A stretch of 64,000 bases of DNA from an uncultured Gammaproteobacteria bacterium (GCA_964512695.1 CAZEJU010000001.1:7803-71802); one strand, 5' to 3'. Positions 52,711-61,578 are shown, counted from the stretch's first letter. Numbers and translations are program-made. Notes: a model not told the origin generated them from the letters alone.

Positions 52711-54291
52711 TTAGGTTGATTCAACAGCATCAAGTTGAGGAGTTATGATAACCGTGTGCATGGTATCGCTACCAACTTGATATGAATCAAGTTCTTTTAC
52801 TTCGAAATGCACTCCAGATCCATGCGTAAATCTATTTAAAAGTCCCCGGGAAATCAGGCGATATGAAGTATCTCCACGCATTTGAGAAAAAATCGGCAAT
52901 AATTTTCCTTTTTTAGCATACTCTTCAACATATTTTTCTATAAATGCTTGAATTAACTTTATGCCACCCATACCTGTGCTGCTATCAAATCTATCGGTAG
53001 CAAAATCCATTATATATATACAAGATTGATCTGCATATTCAGGGTTATCAGCTATTGATATATCACGCATTTTCCCTTCATACGCTAATAAATACCCTTT
53101 AAGCCTTCCCTCTGATGTTCTATATGCAAAACTCATATTAGGTCTACCTTGTCTTGCGTTATTAATATCTTTCGCAATAAGTGTATTTTCCATCCCGTGC
53201 AAACCTAATAATAATCCATCATTTTCTTTGTATATACGGCTTTCTAGAAAACCTACTTGCAAAGAATCTTCAAATGTAAGAGGCGTTATTTGTTGATCTA
53301 AAGCTGGAGGAGTTTTTTTATCTGTTTGGCTAACATGAACCGTTTTATTTCTTATTTGATGTTTTCTCTTACGTTTTTCTTGAAGACCCAATTCGTATAC
53401 TTCATCATCGATATTATCTGAATAGCTCATCGGTGCTTGGGGAGCGAATGTGTTAGGACGCTTTGGAAGTTGGGTAAGTGCATCAGAATATCCCATACCA
53501 ATCACGACTCTTCCCTTTTCTACTCCAAGTTGATCACCGTATTGATCAACATATTCTTTAAAAAAGTCACTATAGAGTAACTCTAATACTTCATCTTTTC
53601 CCTTAAAATTTGGTGTAATTTCAATATTATCGCAGGCAATTATCCCTTCTTGTTTATCAAGAACGGTTTCTGGAAGGACTTCGTCAAGTGGTGTCTTTTG
53701 CTGTAGTGCTCTCGTGACATTTGGTATTGGTATATTCATATTTTTATCCTTAGTTACGACACTTTGTGCAACTGTCCTTTTCTTTCCATTTTTTTGTACA
53801 ATTTGAATAAGAAGTTGACTACAATTTGGATTAAATGTATACACCGTGTTTTTCCCATCCCCGAACGGCATACAACACGCTGTATCATTGCCTGCTACTG
53901 TTGCTTCGGGATCAGACTTTACTGCTATTTCAACAATATATTTAGTAGTTTGTGCCTCGGATTTCGGTATTCCAAATTCTGGATTATATATAAGACTCTC
54001 AAGTCTGGCTGCAATGTCAGCAGGTAAATCAATCCCAGATTCAAGATAGTCATTAAGCGAAATGTTGGGTATACGGAAAATTGCGGCGATTTCTTTATAG
54101 AGTCTCTGAGGATTACGCGCTTCTCCTGCAATTCGACGAGAACGTGATCCTAATGCTTTTTGAGCAACTTCATTTAAAGCGATAGATTCCTTATAATCTT
54201 CAACTTCATATTCAATTCGCATTGGAGGAAATACTTGTAAAGTATCTATTGTTCCTTCCACTAATGCATCGCGTAAATCTTCCGATGTCAT
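52711..54291 (-). CDS. Hypothetical protein, downstream ORF of a frameshift-linked pair (C-terminal GNAT-like region)
   Basis: 526 aa from the ATG at 54291, but the frame stays open upstream to 54480 with no start codon. The C-terminal ..CIYIMDFATDR..GMGGIKLIQAFIEKYVEEY.. looks acetyltransferase-like. Confidence 0.5.
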   Translation of the reverse strand: MTSEDLRDALVEGTIDTLQVFPPMRIEYEVEDYKESIALNEVAQKALGSRSRRIAGEARNPQRLYKEIAAIFRIPNISLNDYLESGIDLPADIAARLESLIYNPEFGIPKSEAQTTKYIVEIAVKSDPEATVAGNDTACCMPFGDGKNTVYTFNPNCSQLLIQIVQKNGKKRTVAQSVVTKDKNMNIPIPNVTRALQQKTPLDEVLPETVLDKQEGIIACDNIEITPNFKGKDEVLELLYSDFFKEYVDQYGDQLGVEKGRVVIGMGYSDALTQLPKRPNTFAPQAPMSYSDNIDDEVYELGLQEKRKRKHQIRNKTVHVSQTDKKTPPALDQQITPLTFEDSLQVGFLESRIYKENDGLLLGLHGMENTLIAKDINNARQGRPNMSFAYRTSEGRLKGYLLAYEGKMRDISIADNPEYADQSCIYIMDFATDRFDSSTGMGGIKLIQAFIEKYVEEYAKKGKLLPIFSQMRGDTSYRLISRGLLNRFTHGSGVHFEVKELDSYQVGSDTMHTVIITPQLDAVEST

Positions 54292-54419
54292 ATCTAAATT
54301 AGGAAGGCGTGTATAATTAGAAGGTTTTTTTCTATCTTGAATCCAGTCAGGAGTATGGGAAGCTTGAGCATTTAGAACAAGATCGGGATTAAAGGCAAAA
54401 TTTAGTACTGCAGTTTGAT

Positions 54420-55760
54420 CTACTTTACTATTGGGATGAAAGCCGACAGTTGTAACCCATTGATATAATTTTGCTTTTTTTCATCTTTTTTTCCTTCTCT
54501 TCCTAACGTGTTTAATTTTATTAACAAATATTTCTTTTGCAGAAGTTCAGCAAGTTTCGCGAAACGTTTTAGATTATTCCAACTCTCAAAAACTTTTTTC
54601 GGATTTTGAAACTCTGATGCCAGTGCAGAAACTTCTGGTGTATCTTTAGCTTCCTCTAGTAATTGTATGCAAGTCTCCCAATTCGTTAGGATTGTTTGAG
54701 CAATAGGAATAAAAAAGTCATAAGAGGTATATTCAGCTACCTCATCATCATCGCTCAACTTATACCTTCCACGGTCAAGTGAAACTTGATGGAGAATATT
54801 TGCCCAGAATTCATCAGGTGTCAGACCACTGACTTCATATAGCTTTAAGACATCTGGAAATGCATGGATTGCATCATGGGTACTTATATCTTGTTCAAAT
54901 GTTGCTTCATGAGTTTTTGGATCAAGGTGATAGCGTCGTATATATTTAAACATTCTATCATAACCAAATATTTCTCCTGCTGCTCTGAAATTAGTAATGT
55001 CTAACTCCTTCCATTCATTGATCCATGATTCTAAGTTTTTTGATCCACTAGTTATTGCATCAAATGCTCTTTTAAAATCTTCTGAAGATCTTAAGTTAAG
55101 AATGTCAATTCCCGCTTTCTTTACAAACTCTGCATCTATAGGAGATATACCGACTTTATGTGCATAATCAATTTCACTCCTTGTTAAACCAGAAGGTTCA
55201 ATAATTTTATTTAACAAAGCGTAAGCATGATCAAACGGTAAGACATATTCACAAATTGCATAAAGATCTGAGAAGGAATTAACGTTATATGATGCAAAAA
55301 GAGATTGAAGCTGCGGTGGCATATCCTTTTTATATTCTTCTAATAAACCTTTTGAATCGATATCTTTGAACACCTGCATGATCTGACCATTTAGATCGGA
55401 CTCTCTTCCGTAGTTTGTTATTAAGAAATTGGAAAGTACGTTTAAAGGGGGAGGTGTCTGGGAGTGATCATAAATATATTTATAAAAATCAAACCTTTTA
55501 ACTTGTCTAGACCCAGTTCTATTATCATCAGTTAATAATTCATAGGTTTTAGCTGCCTCATCTGGTGTAAGAACTAGGCCATTATATTGAGTTTGTAATT
55601 CTTCTACTAACTTTGTATTATCTTCTCCTTCGACTGTGGAAAATTTTCTAAAAAGATCTTCGAATTTTGCTTTTCTTTCTATTTCAGCAGGATTAACTTC
55701 TACAACACTATTAGTATCTGATATCTGATATCTGATATCTGATATCGACAATATCTTCAT
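54420..55760 (-). CDS. Hypothetical protein, upstream ORF of the frameshift-linked pair (446 aa)
   Basis: Long ORF with no recognised family. It ends 17 codons after the A7 tract. Confidence 0.5.
   Translation of the reverse strand: MKILSISDIRYQISDTNSVVEVNPAEIERKAKFEDLFRKFSTVEGEDNTKLVEELQTQYNGLVLTPDEAAKTYELLTDDNRTGSRQVKRFDFYKYIYDHSQTPPPLNVLSNFLITNYGRESDLNGQIMQVFKDIDSKGLLEEYKKDMPPQLQSLFASYNVNSFSDLYAICEYVLPFDHAYALLNKIIEPSGLTRSEIDYAHKVGISPIDAEFVKKAGIDILNLRSSEDFKRAFDAITSGSKNLESWINEWKELDITNFRAAGEIFGYDRMFKYIRRYHLDPKTHEATFEQDISTHDAIHAFPDVLKLYEVSGLTPDEFWANILHQVSLDRGRYKLSDDDEVAEYTSYDFFIPIAQTILTNWETCIQLLEEAKDTPEVSALASEFQNPKKVFESWNNLKRFAKLAELLQKKYLLIKLNTLGREGKKDEKKQNYINGLQLSAFIPIVK
54474..54480 (-). 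promoter_or_regulatory. Candidate -1 frameshift heptamer A_AAA_AAG
   Basis: Zero-frame codons GAA AAA AAG of the 446-aa ORF. The -1 frame has TGA immediately upstream (54483..54481) and is open from 54480 into the 526-aa ORF. Confidence 0.45.
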
Positions 55761-55810
55761 TCATGCTTTATATTATTACATATTTAAAAACATTTTTTTG
55801 AATCGGTCTA

Positions 55811-56331
55811 TTGACGTACTATAGGGAATATAGTATCATTATTTAACAATTTATAAAGGCTATGACGAAGTCAAAGTAGTTTTCGCAGAGTGACACCAGA
55901 GAGAAGACGTCGCTGCAAGATCTTCCGTATCTTCGAAAATGAATTACGCTTCTGAGCTGTATGCCGAATCCGTTAACCGATGGATAGGCAGAACCGGGTT
56001 CGCACCGTGATAGCGAAAGAATGTGTCGCAGAAGAAGTGGAGCATTCGAAAATAAGCGTTTATCGTATTACTTCGAATCCCTTCATAAGGGATTTTTTAT
56101 TGCTAAGATAAGCGAAACCGAGGTGGTACCACGGAGAAAAATTAAAAGGTAAAAGGTAAAAATTGTATAAGGAAAGATAGTAGTAATTTTACTTTGGACT
56201 TTTGACTTTACACTTTTAACTTTCTTGTTCCGTCCTTGAGAATCATTATTGTTCGAGTGAAGTGAGAGTTATTTTTTACACATAAACTTCTCATTTTGTT
56301 CGAAGAATAGTATTTCTGGGACGGTTTTTTT
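55811..56331 (+). promoter_or_regulatory. Promoter plus T-box leader, probable Tyr (UAC) specifier, with unusually large inserts
   Basis: TTGACG(55811)-17-TATCAT. Stem I base GCUAUGACGAAG/CUUCUGAGC with AGUA...GAA flank and UAC+G at 55945..48. AGAGA box. F-box CCGUUA (55970). T-box GAGGUGGUACCACGG (56119..34). CGAGG-UGGUACC-ACGG pairs with CCGU-CCUUG (56230..38). Terminator arm CCGUCC/GGGACGG + U7 (56230..56331). Confidence 0.6.
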
Positions 56332-57711
56332 ATGAAAGACAATGTACTATCAACTGAGCAAGAACAAGAAAACGAGTTAGAGATGCATGAAGCTTTCCAC
56401 AAGCAAGTACATGCAGTTCTAGAATCTGAAGACAGATTCAGAAAAGCTGAAAGAACAACGAGAATTGGCCTTGAAGCCGAATATAGTGTCATAAATGCAA
56501 CGTGTGATCAAGTAGACCAAACAGTCAGAGATCAAATTATTGAAGACAATAGAGACTTCGCTACCCAAGAGTTAGGGGCAGCACAAATTGAATTACGAAC
56601 TGACCCTATTATCCTTTCTGATGGAGGAATCTGGCAGGTATTTGACCAGATGGCATCTAGAGATGACGCTATAAGGAATGCGGCACATAGACGGGGTGCG
56701 CGTATACTGAGAAGCGGCACAAACCCCTTAGTCGATCTTCATGACATACTAAGAACTGATAAACCAAAATACCGGCAAGTACCTGATTTCCATAATAGAA
56801 AGAGAAAGTTTGGCACAGACACAACAATTGGCAATGGAAAAAGAGTTGATGTAGGAGACGCTGCTGTAGTTGCACTCTTAAACTCTTTGCAGACGAATAT
56901 AGAAGCTGTAGATTTCGCAGATGCCACAGATAAATTAAACAGATCGTTAATGATTGGACCGTATGTTACTGCAGTCAGTTCCGGGGCACGGTATATCGCT
57001 CATCAAGACGCAGGCTTAGCTGATTTACGAATTCTTGCTTGGGAAACGAGTCATGACACGAGAACTGACTCAGAGAGAACACTAGGTGAAAAAACCAGAG
57101 TCGGACTGCCAGCACGATACTATACTGATGTAAAGGATTACTTTACACAAGTGGGATCATATCCATTTATTCTCCATAATCCAGAGGCAGCACTTCAAAT
57201 AGGAATCGGTCTTCATTGGAGAGATACACGGTTAAAAGTAATAGGGGACAGCCTTGTGGTAGAATTCCGTCCCATATCTGCACAGCCAACATCTGCAGAA
57301 AATGTAGCTTCTGCTTTATTTTATACAGGAAGACTACATTGGTCTCAAGCCACAAACGAACCATTGCTGCCGTTTGATAAAGTAGAACATAATAGAAAAC
57401 AAGCACTACACGAAGGCCCTAGAGGGACTATGTACTATACAGAAGACAATAATGTACAGCGATATAAAGCTCCAGAAATCATAAAACTAGAATTAGCGAG
57501 AGCAAAACATGGATTAGAGATGATAGGTTGTCACCCAAAAGATATTGAACCATTCTTTTCAGTTCTAGAAAAAAATCTCGATGAAGGTACACCTGCTGAA
57601 CGGATGCACAATGTCGTATCACGTCTCACAGAAAATGTTTCTGAGAAAGATAAAAAAGAGGCTACACATGATGCTCTTATCACAGCCATTCAAGTCTTAC
57701 AATTCGTATGA
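56332..57711 (+). CDS. GCS2-family carboxylate-amine ligase-like protein, paralogue E (459 aa, the most canonical copy)
   Basis: RIGLEAEYSVIN, GLHWRDTRLKVIGDSLVVEFRPISAQPTSAENVASALFYTG matches the GCS2/YbdK signature closely. Confidence 0.7.
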   Translation: MKDNVLSTEQEQENELEMHEAFHKQVHAVLESEDRFRKAERTTRIGLEAEYSVINATCDQVDQTVRDQIIEDNRDFATQELGAAQIELRTDPIILSDGGIWQVFDQMASRDDAIRNAAHRRGARILRSGTNPLVDLHDILRTDKPKYRQVPDFHNRKRKFGTDTTIGNGKRVDVGDAAVVALLNSLQTNIEAVDFADATDKLNRSLMIGPYVTAVSSGARYIAHQDAGLADLRILAWETSHDTRTDSERTLGEKTRVGLPARYYTDVKDYFTQVGSYPFILHNPEAALQIGIGLHWRDTRLKVIGDSLVVEFRPISAQPTSAENVASALFYTGRLHWSQATNEPLLPFDKVEHNRKQALHEGPRGTMYYTEDNNVQRYKAPEIIKLELARAKHGLEMIGCHPKDIEPFFSVLEKNLDEGTPAERMHNVVSRLTENVSEKDKKEATHDALITAIQVLQFV

Positions 57712-57723
57712 TATACTTTCGAT

Positions 57724-58920
57724 ATGGATAAAATAGAAGAAGTACTCACCAGAGGAGTTGCAAACATTATTCCAGGAAAACAAGTCCTAAAGGACGTTTT
57801 AACTTCAGGTAGAAAAATAAATATCTATCTCGGTATCGATCCTACAGCACCGAGAATCCATCTCGGTCATGCAGTTTCTATTCGAAAACTACAAAACTTC
57901 GTCGACTTAGGTCATAAAGTAACATTTCTTATTGGTAATTTTACTTCGCTTATCGGCGATACCTCTGATAAGGATTCAGAAAGGCCCATTCTCACAGAAA
58001 AAGAAATAGAACAAAACTTCCAGACATATAAAGAACAAGCAGAGAAGTTACTTGATTTTTCAAAAGTACACATAGTACGTAACAGAGATTGGTTAAATAC
58101 ATTAACATTTGCCGAAATTGTACGATTAACACAAAACTTTTCAGTTAATGACTTTATCAGTAGAGAGTTAATTAGAAAACGTTTAGATGAAGGCAAACGT
58201 GTACGACTCGATGAGGTACTCTATCCAATTATGCAGGGATATGACAGTTATTTTATGGATACAGATCTACAGATAGGGGGTACTGATCAAACGTTTAATA
58301 TGCAAGCTGGGAGAACATTACAAAAAGTGATGAGAAATAAAGAATCTTTTGTCTTATCTACTGTTTTCCTAACAGGAACAGATGGTCGAAAAATGAGTAA
58401 ATCGTGGGGGAATGCAATCTGGATAAGCGATTCAGCTGAAGATATGTTTGCGAAAGTAATGGCTGTCAGAGATGACCTTCTCCTAGAATATTTCTTATTA
58501 GCTACAAATGTCCCCTTACACCAGGTCGAGGCTATAAAAGAACGGTTACAATCCGGTGCAAATCCTATGGAAATTAAAAAAGAACTCGCTTTTATAATTG
58601 TCGAGGAATTACATGATAAAACTGCCGCGGTAGCAGCTCAAGAAAAATTCGAAAAAACTGTACAGAACAGAGAATTACCCGAAGAGATACCTGTGGTCAT
58701 TATTCCGGAAACACTACAATCAGAAATTGCTATTGCAGACGTTTTAAGCACACTGGGATTAGTAGAAAGTAAATCAGAAGCCAAACGTTTAGTAGATCAA
58801 GGTGGTGTGGAAATAGATGGACAAAAAGTAACGAATACAAATGAAATAATTAGTGTAAAAGATGATATGATAATAAAAGTAGGAAAGAGAAGAATTGTTA
58901 AACTGACAACGACGAAATAA
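57724..58920 (+). CDS. tyrS: Tyrosyl-tRNA synthetase
   Basis: GIDPTAPRIHLGH (HIGH), KMSKS, and a C-terminal S4-like domain (..SKSEAKRLVDQGGVEIDGQKV..). Starts 12 nt after paralogue E. Confidence 0.85.
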   Translation: MDKIEEVLTRGVANIIPGKQVLKDVLTSGRKINIYLGIDPTAPRIHLGHAVSIRKLQNFVDLGHKVTFLIGNFTSLIGDTSDKDSERPILTEKEIEQNFQTYKEQAEKLLDFSKVHIVRNRDWLNTLTFAEIVRLTQNFSVNDFISRELIRKRLDEGKRVRLDEVLYPIMQGYDSYFMDTDLQIGGTDQTFNMQAGRTLQKVMRNKESFVLSTVFLTGTDGRKMSKSWGNAIWISDSAEDMFAKVMAVRDDLLLEYFLLATNVPLHQVEAIKERLQSGANPMEIKKELAFIIVEELHDKTAAVAAQEKFEKTVQNRELPEEIPVVIIPETLQSEIAIADVLSTLGLVESKSEAKRLVDQGGVEIDGQKVTNTNEIISVKDDMIIKVGKRRIVKLTTTK

Positions 58921-59080
58921 TATGAACTTCGCACGAAAACATCAAAAAATATTCAGAGTGATCATGCTTATTGCTATTATAGCGATGATTCTGTCATCAT
59001 TCCTCATGTACCTACCATACTTCTAACCCTTAGTTTGAAAACTAAAACAAGGCTAAAATAATCTGCTACAATTGCAACAT

Positions 59081-61168
59081 ATGACTTTACAAACTCCAGT
59101 TGCGACATTAGGACGAGCCTTTAAAATGTATGCAGGGAGATTAGCTAAGCTGGGAATATTTACAATCGAAGACCTATTTTTTCACTTTCCTTTTCGTTAT
59201 GATAACTTTTCTTTGATTTCTAAAATTGCCAGCATTCAGCCCGGAGAGGTCGTAACAGTTCAAGGACAAGTTTTAACAATTGATAATATCTATACTCGAA
59301 ACAACAAAAAAATCCAGAAAGGTATGGTTGCTGATGAAACTGGTTCACTAGAAGTCGTTTGGTATAACCAACCTTTTCTTACGAAATATATTCATGTAAA
59401 CGACAAGATTTCTCTTTCTGGCACGGCAGAAATGTTTCAAAATAAAGTAGTTCTTACATCCCCAGAGTACGAGCTTATCCACGCAGAAGGCAAAACCTTA
59501 CATACAGGGAGATTAGTACCAATATATCCAGAAACAGCTGGCGTCACATCTAAATGGCTACGACGGCAAATTTATAAACTACTCGATGAAACGCAAGCCA
59601 GCATTCGAGATTACTTACCAGCTAGTCTGTTAATAAAATACAATTACCCGCCTCTCCGTGAAGCATTGTGGCAGATTCATTTTCCTCAAACGCTAGAACA
59701 AGCACAACGGGCAAGAGAAAGACTTTCTTTTGATGAATTATTGCTGATACAACTGAAGTCTCAAGAGCGACGAAAAGAATGGGAAAAAGACTTACGTGGG
59801 TATAAGTTATCAGTTGTAGGTTATCAGAAGGAACTCGACAATTTTATACAATCCTTACCTTTTACCTTAACACAATCACAATCAAGGGCTGTTGATGAAA
59901 TATTTCGAGATATGACAAAAGAAAAACCGATGAATACACTTTTACAAGGTGACGTCGGTAGTGGAAAAACAATAGTTGGTGCTTTTGCTATATATCTCGC
60001 TTATTTAAATGGTTTTCAATCAGTTTTCATGGCTCCTACTGAAATCCTCGCACAACAACACTATGAAACGATTAAAAAGTTTTTAGAGCCTTTTGGTGTA
60101 AAAATTGCGTTGGCAACAGGAAGTAAAAGAGAAGGATTTAAGATTCAAGATTCAGGATTCAAGAATAAAAAGACAAAAGAACATACATCTTTAATCTTAA
60201 ATCATGAATCTTTTCATGTATTAGTCGGTACTCATGCTGTACTTTCGGACAAAATCAAACTCGATAACCTTGGACTTGTGATCATCGACGAGCAACAACG
60301 TTTCGGCGTAGAACAACGGGGAATAATCAGGGAAAAAGGAACAAATCCTCACTTTCTTACCATGACTGCCACACCAATACCGCGAACTGTTGCACTTACA
60401 ATGTACGGAGATCTTGAGGTAGTATTTCTAGGTGATATGCCTAAAGGCAGAAAGCCAATTAAGACATGGCTCGTACCACCAGAGAAAAGAGAGGGGGCAT
60501 ATGGATGGATTCGAAAGCAGATTACTGACACGCATTCGCAAATATTTATTATCTGTCCTTTTATAGAAGAATCAGAAAATATGCAAACAGTAAAAGCTGC
60601 AAAAGTAGAATTTGAAAGACTTCAAAAAGAAGTGTTTCGGGATTTACGGTTAGGATTACTCCATGGAAAATTAAAAGCAAAAGAAAAAGACCAGGTATTA
60701 ACTGATTTTCGTGAAAATAAGTTTGATATCCTTGTAGCTACACCAGTCGTAGAAGTAGGAATAGATATTCCCAATGCGACAGTTATTATGATAGAAGCAG
60801 CTGACCGGTTCGGCCTAGCGCAATTACACCAGTTACGAGGAAGAGTAGGAAGAGGAGAGAAACAATCATACTGTTTACTTTTTACAGAGTCTCCATCACA
60901 GCAAACGTTTACTCGTCTAAAAGCAATGGAAACGAAACACCAGGGTGCAGAACTGGCTGAACTGGATCTTAAGCTACGAGGTCCAGGAGATATTTTCGGT
61001 ACAGCACAGTCAGGACTACCAACATTAAAAATAGCGACATTTTCAGATTTCCCACTCATAGAAAGAACAAGACAAGAGGCTCACAACTTATTTCCAATGG
61101 TAGAAAAATATCCTGCGTTGCAGGAAAAAGTGACAGAGATTACATCAACAATAGTCTCCCCAGACTAA
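59081..61168 (+). CDS. recG: ATP-dependent DNA helicase RecG
   Basis: Wedge/OB N-terminus and helicase motifs (LLQGDVGSGKT, DEQQRFGV, TATPIPRT, QLHQLRGRVGRG). Confidence 0.85.
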   Translation: MTLQTPVATLGRAFKMYAGRLAKLGIFTIEDLFFHFPFRYDNFSLISKIASIQPGEVVTVQGQVLTIDNIYTRNNKKIQKGMVADETGSLEVVWYNQPFLTKYIHVNDKISLSGTAEMFQNKVVLTSPEYELIHAEGKTLHTGRLVPIYPETAGVTSKWLRRQIYKLLDETQASIRDYLPASLLIKYNYPPLREALWQIHFPQTLEQAQRARERLSFDELLLIQLKSQERRKEWEKDLRGYKLSVVGYQKELDNFIQSLPFTLTQSQSRAVDEIFRDMTKEKPMNTLLQGDVGSGKTIVGAFAIYLAYLNGFQSVFMAPTEILAQQHYETIKKFLEPFGVKIALATGSKREGFKIQDSGFKNKKTKEHTSLILNHESFHVLVGTHAVLSDKIKLDNLGLVIIDEQQRFGVEQRGIIREKGTNPHFLTMTATPIPRTVALTMYGDLEVVFLGDMPKGRKPIKTWLVPPEKREGAYGWIRKQITDTHSQIFIICPFIEESENMQTVKAAKVEFERLQKEVFRDLRLGLLHGKLKAKEKDQVLTDFRENKFDILVATPVVEVGIDIPNATVIMIEAADRFGLAQLHQLRGRVGRGEKQSYCLLFTESPSQQTFTRLKAMETKHQGAELAELDLKLRGPGDIFGTAQSGLPTLKIATFSDFPLIERTRQEAHNLFPMVEKYPALQEKVTEITSTIVSPD
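60135..60213. repeat. Inverted pair of heptamer arrays inside the recG coding sequence
   Basis: GATTTAA GATTCAA GATTCAG GATTCAA (60135..62), and CATCTTT AATCTTA AATCATG AATCTTT (60186..60213). GATTTAAGATT is exactly complementary to AATCTTAAATC. Confidence 0.75.
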
Positions 61169-61248
61169 TGATATAATTACGAAAATTATATTTATAATTT
61201 TTATATATTCACTGACTTATAGGCCAATAGTACTGATATAATATTTTT

Positions 61249-61575
61249 ATGCAATCAATTTGGATTCTCATAAACTGCAATTCTCAGGAAGAAGCCGAAA
61301 AAATAGGAGATAGACTCCTGCATGAATTAATAATTAACTGTTACAATATTTTTGACAGAAAACTCTCAAAGTACTTTTGGCCGCCAAAATCTCATCAGCT
61401 TGAGGCAGCAAAAGGTGCATTATTAATTGCAGAAACTTTTGAACCTTATTATGAACAAGTTCGGACACTAGTAAAATCATTACATAGTGATAAACTCGCA
61501 TTTATAGGATATATTCCAATATATGGATTGGAGAAAGACTTCGTGGATTGGATGAGAGGAGAATTAAAAAAGTAA
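61249..61575 (+). CDS. CutA1-like protein
   Basis: Pattern ..EEAEKIGDRLL.ELIINCYNIF...SKYFW....LLIAET....HSDKLAFI...FVDWM is colinear with CutA1. Confidence 0.45.
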   Translation: MQSIWILINCNSQEEAEKIGDRLLHELIINCYNIFDRKLSKYFWPPKSHQLEAAKGALLIAETFEPYYEQVRTLVKSLHSDKLAFIGYIPIYGLEKDFVDWMRGELKK

Positions 61576-61578
61576 TTT

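Noticed and set aside
56076-56098. Hairpin AAUCCCUU-cau-AAGGGAUU followed by U6, which looks like an independent intrinsic terminator in the middle of the Tyr leader.
   Set aside because: Its position immediately 5' of the T-box sequence matches Stem III of T-box leaders. I treat it as part of the riboswitch, though premature termination there cannot be excluded.
56208-56492. 94-aa minus-strand ORF across the T-box terminator and the start of the 459-aa gene.
   Set aside because: It is antisense to the leader and to a canonical GCS2-family N-terminus. Likely spurious.
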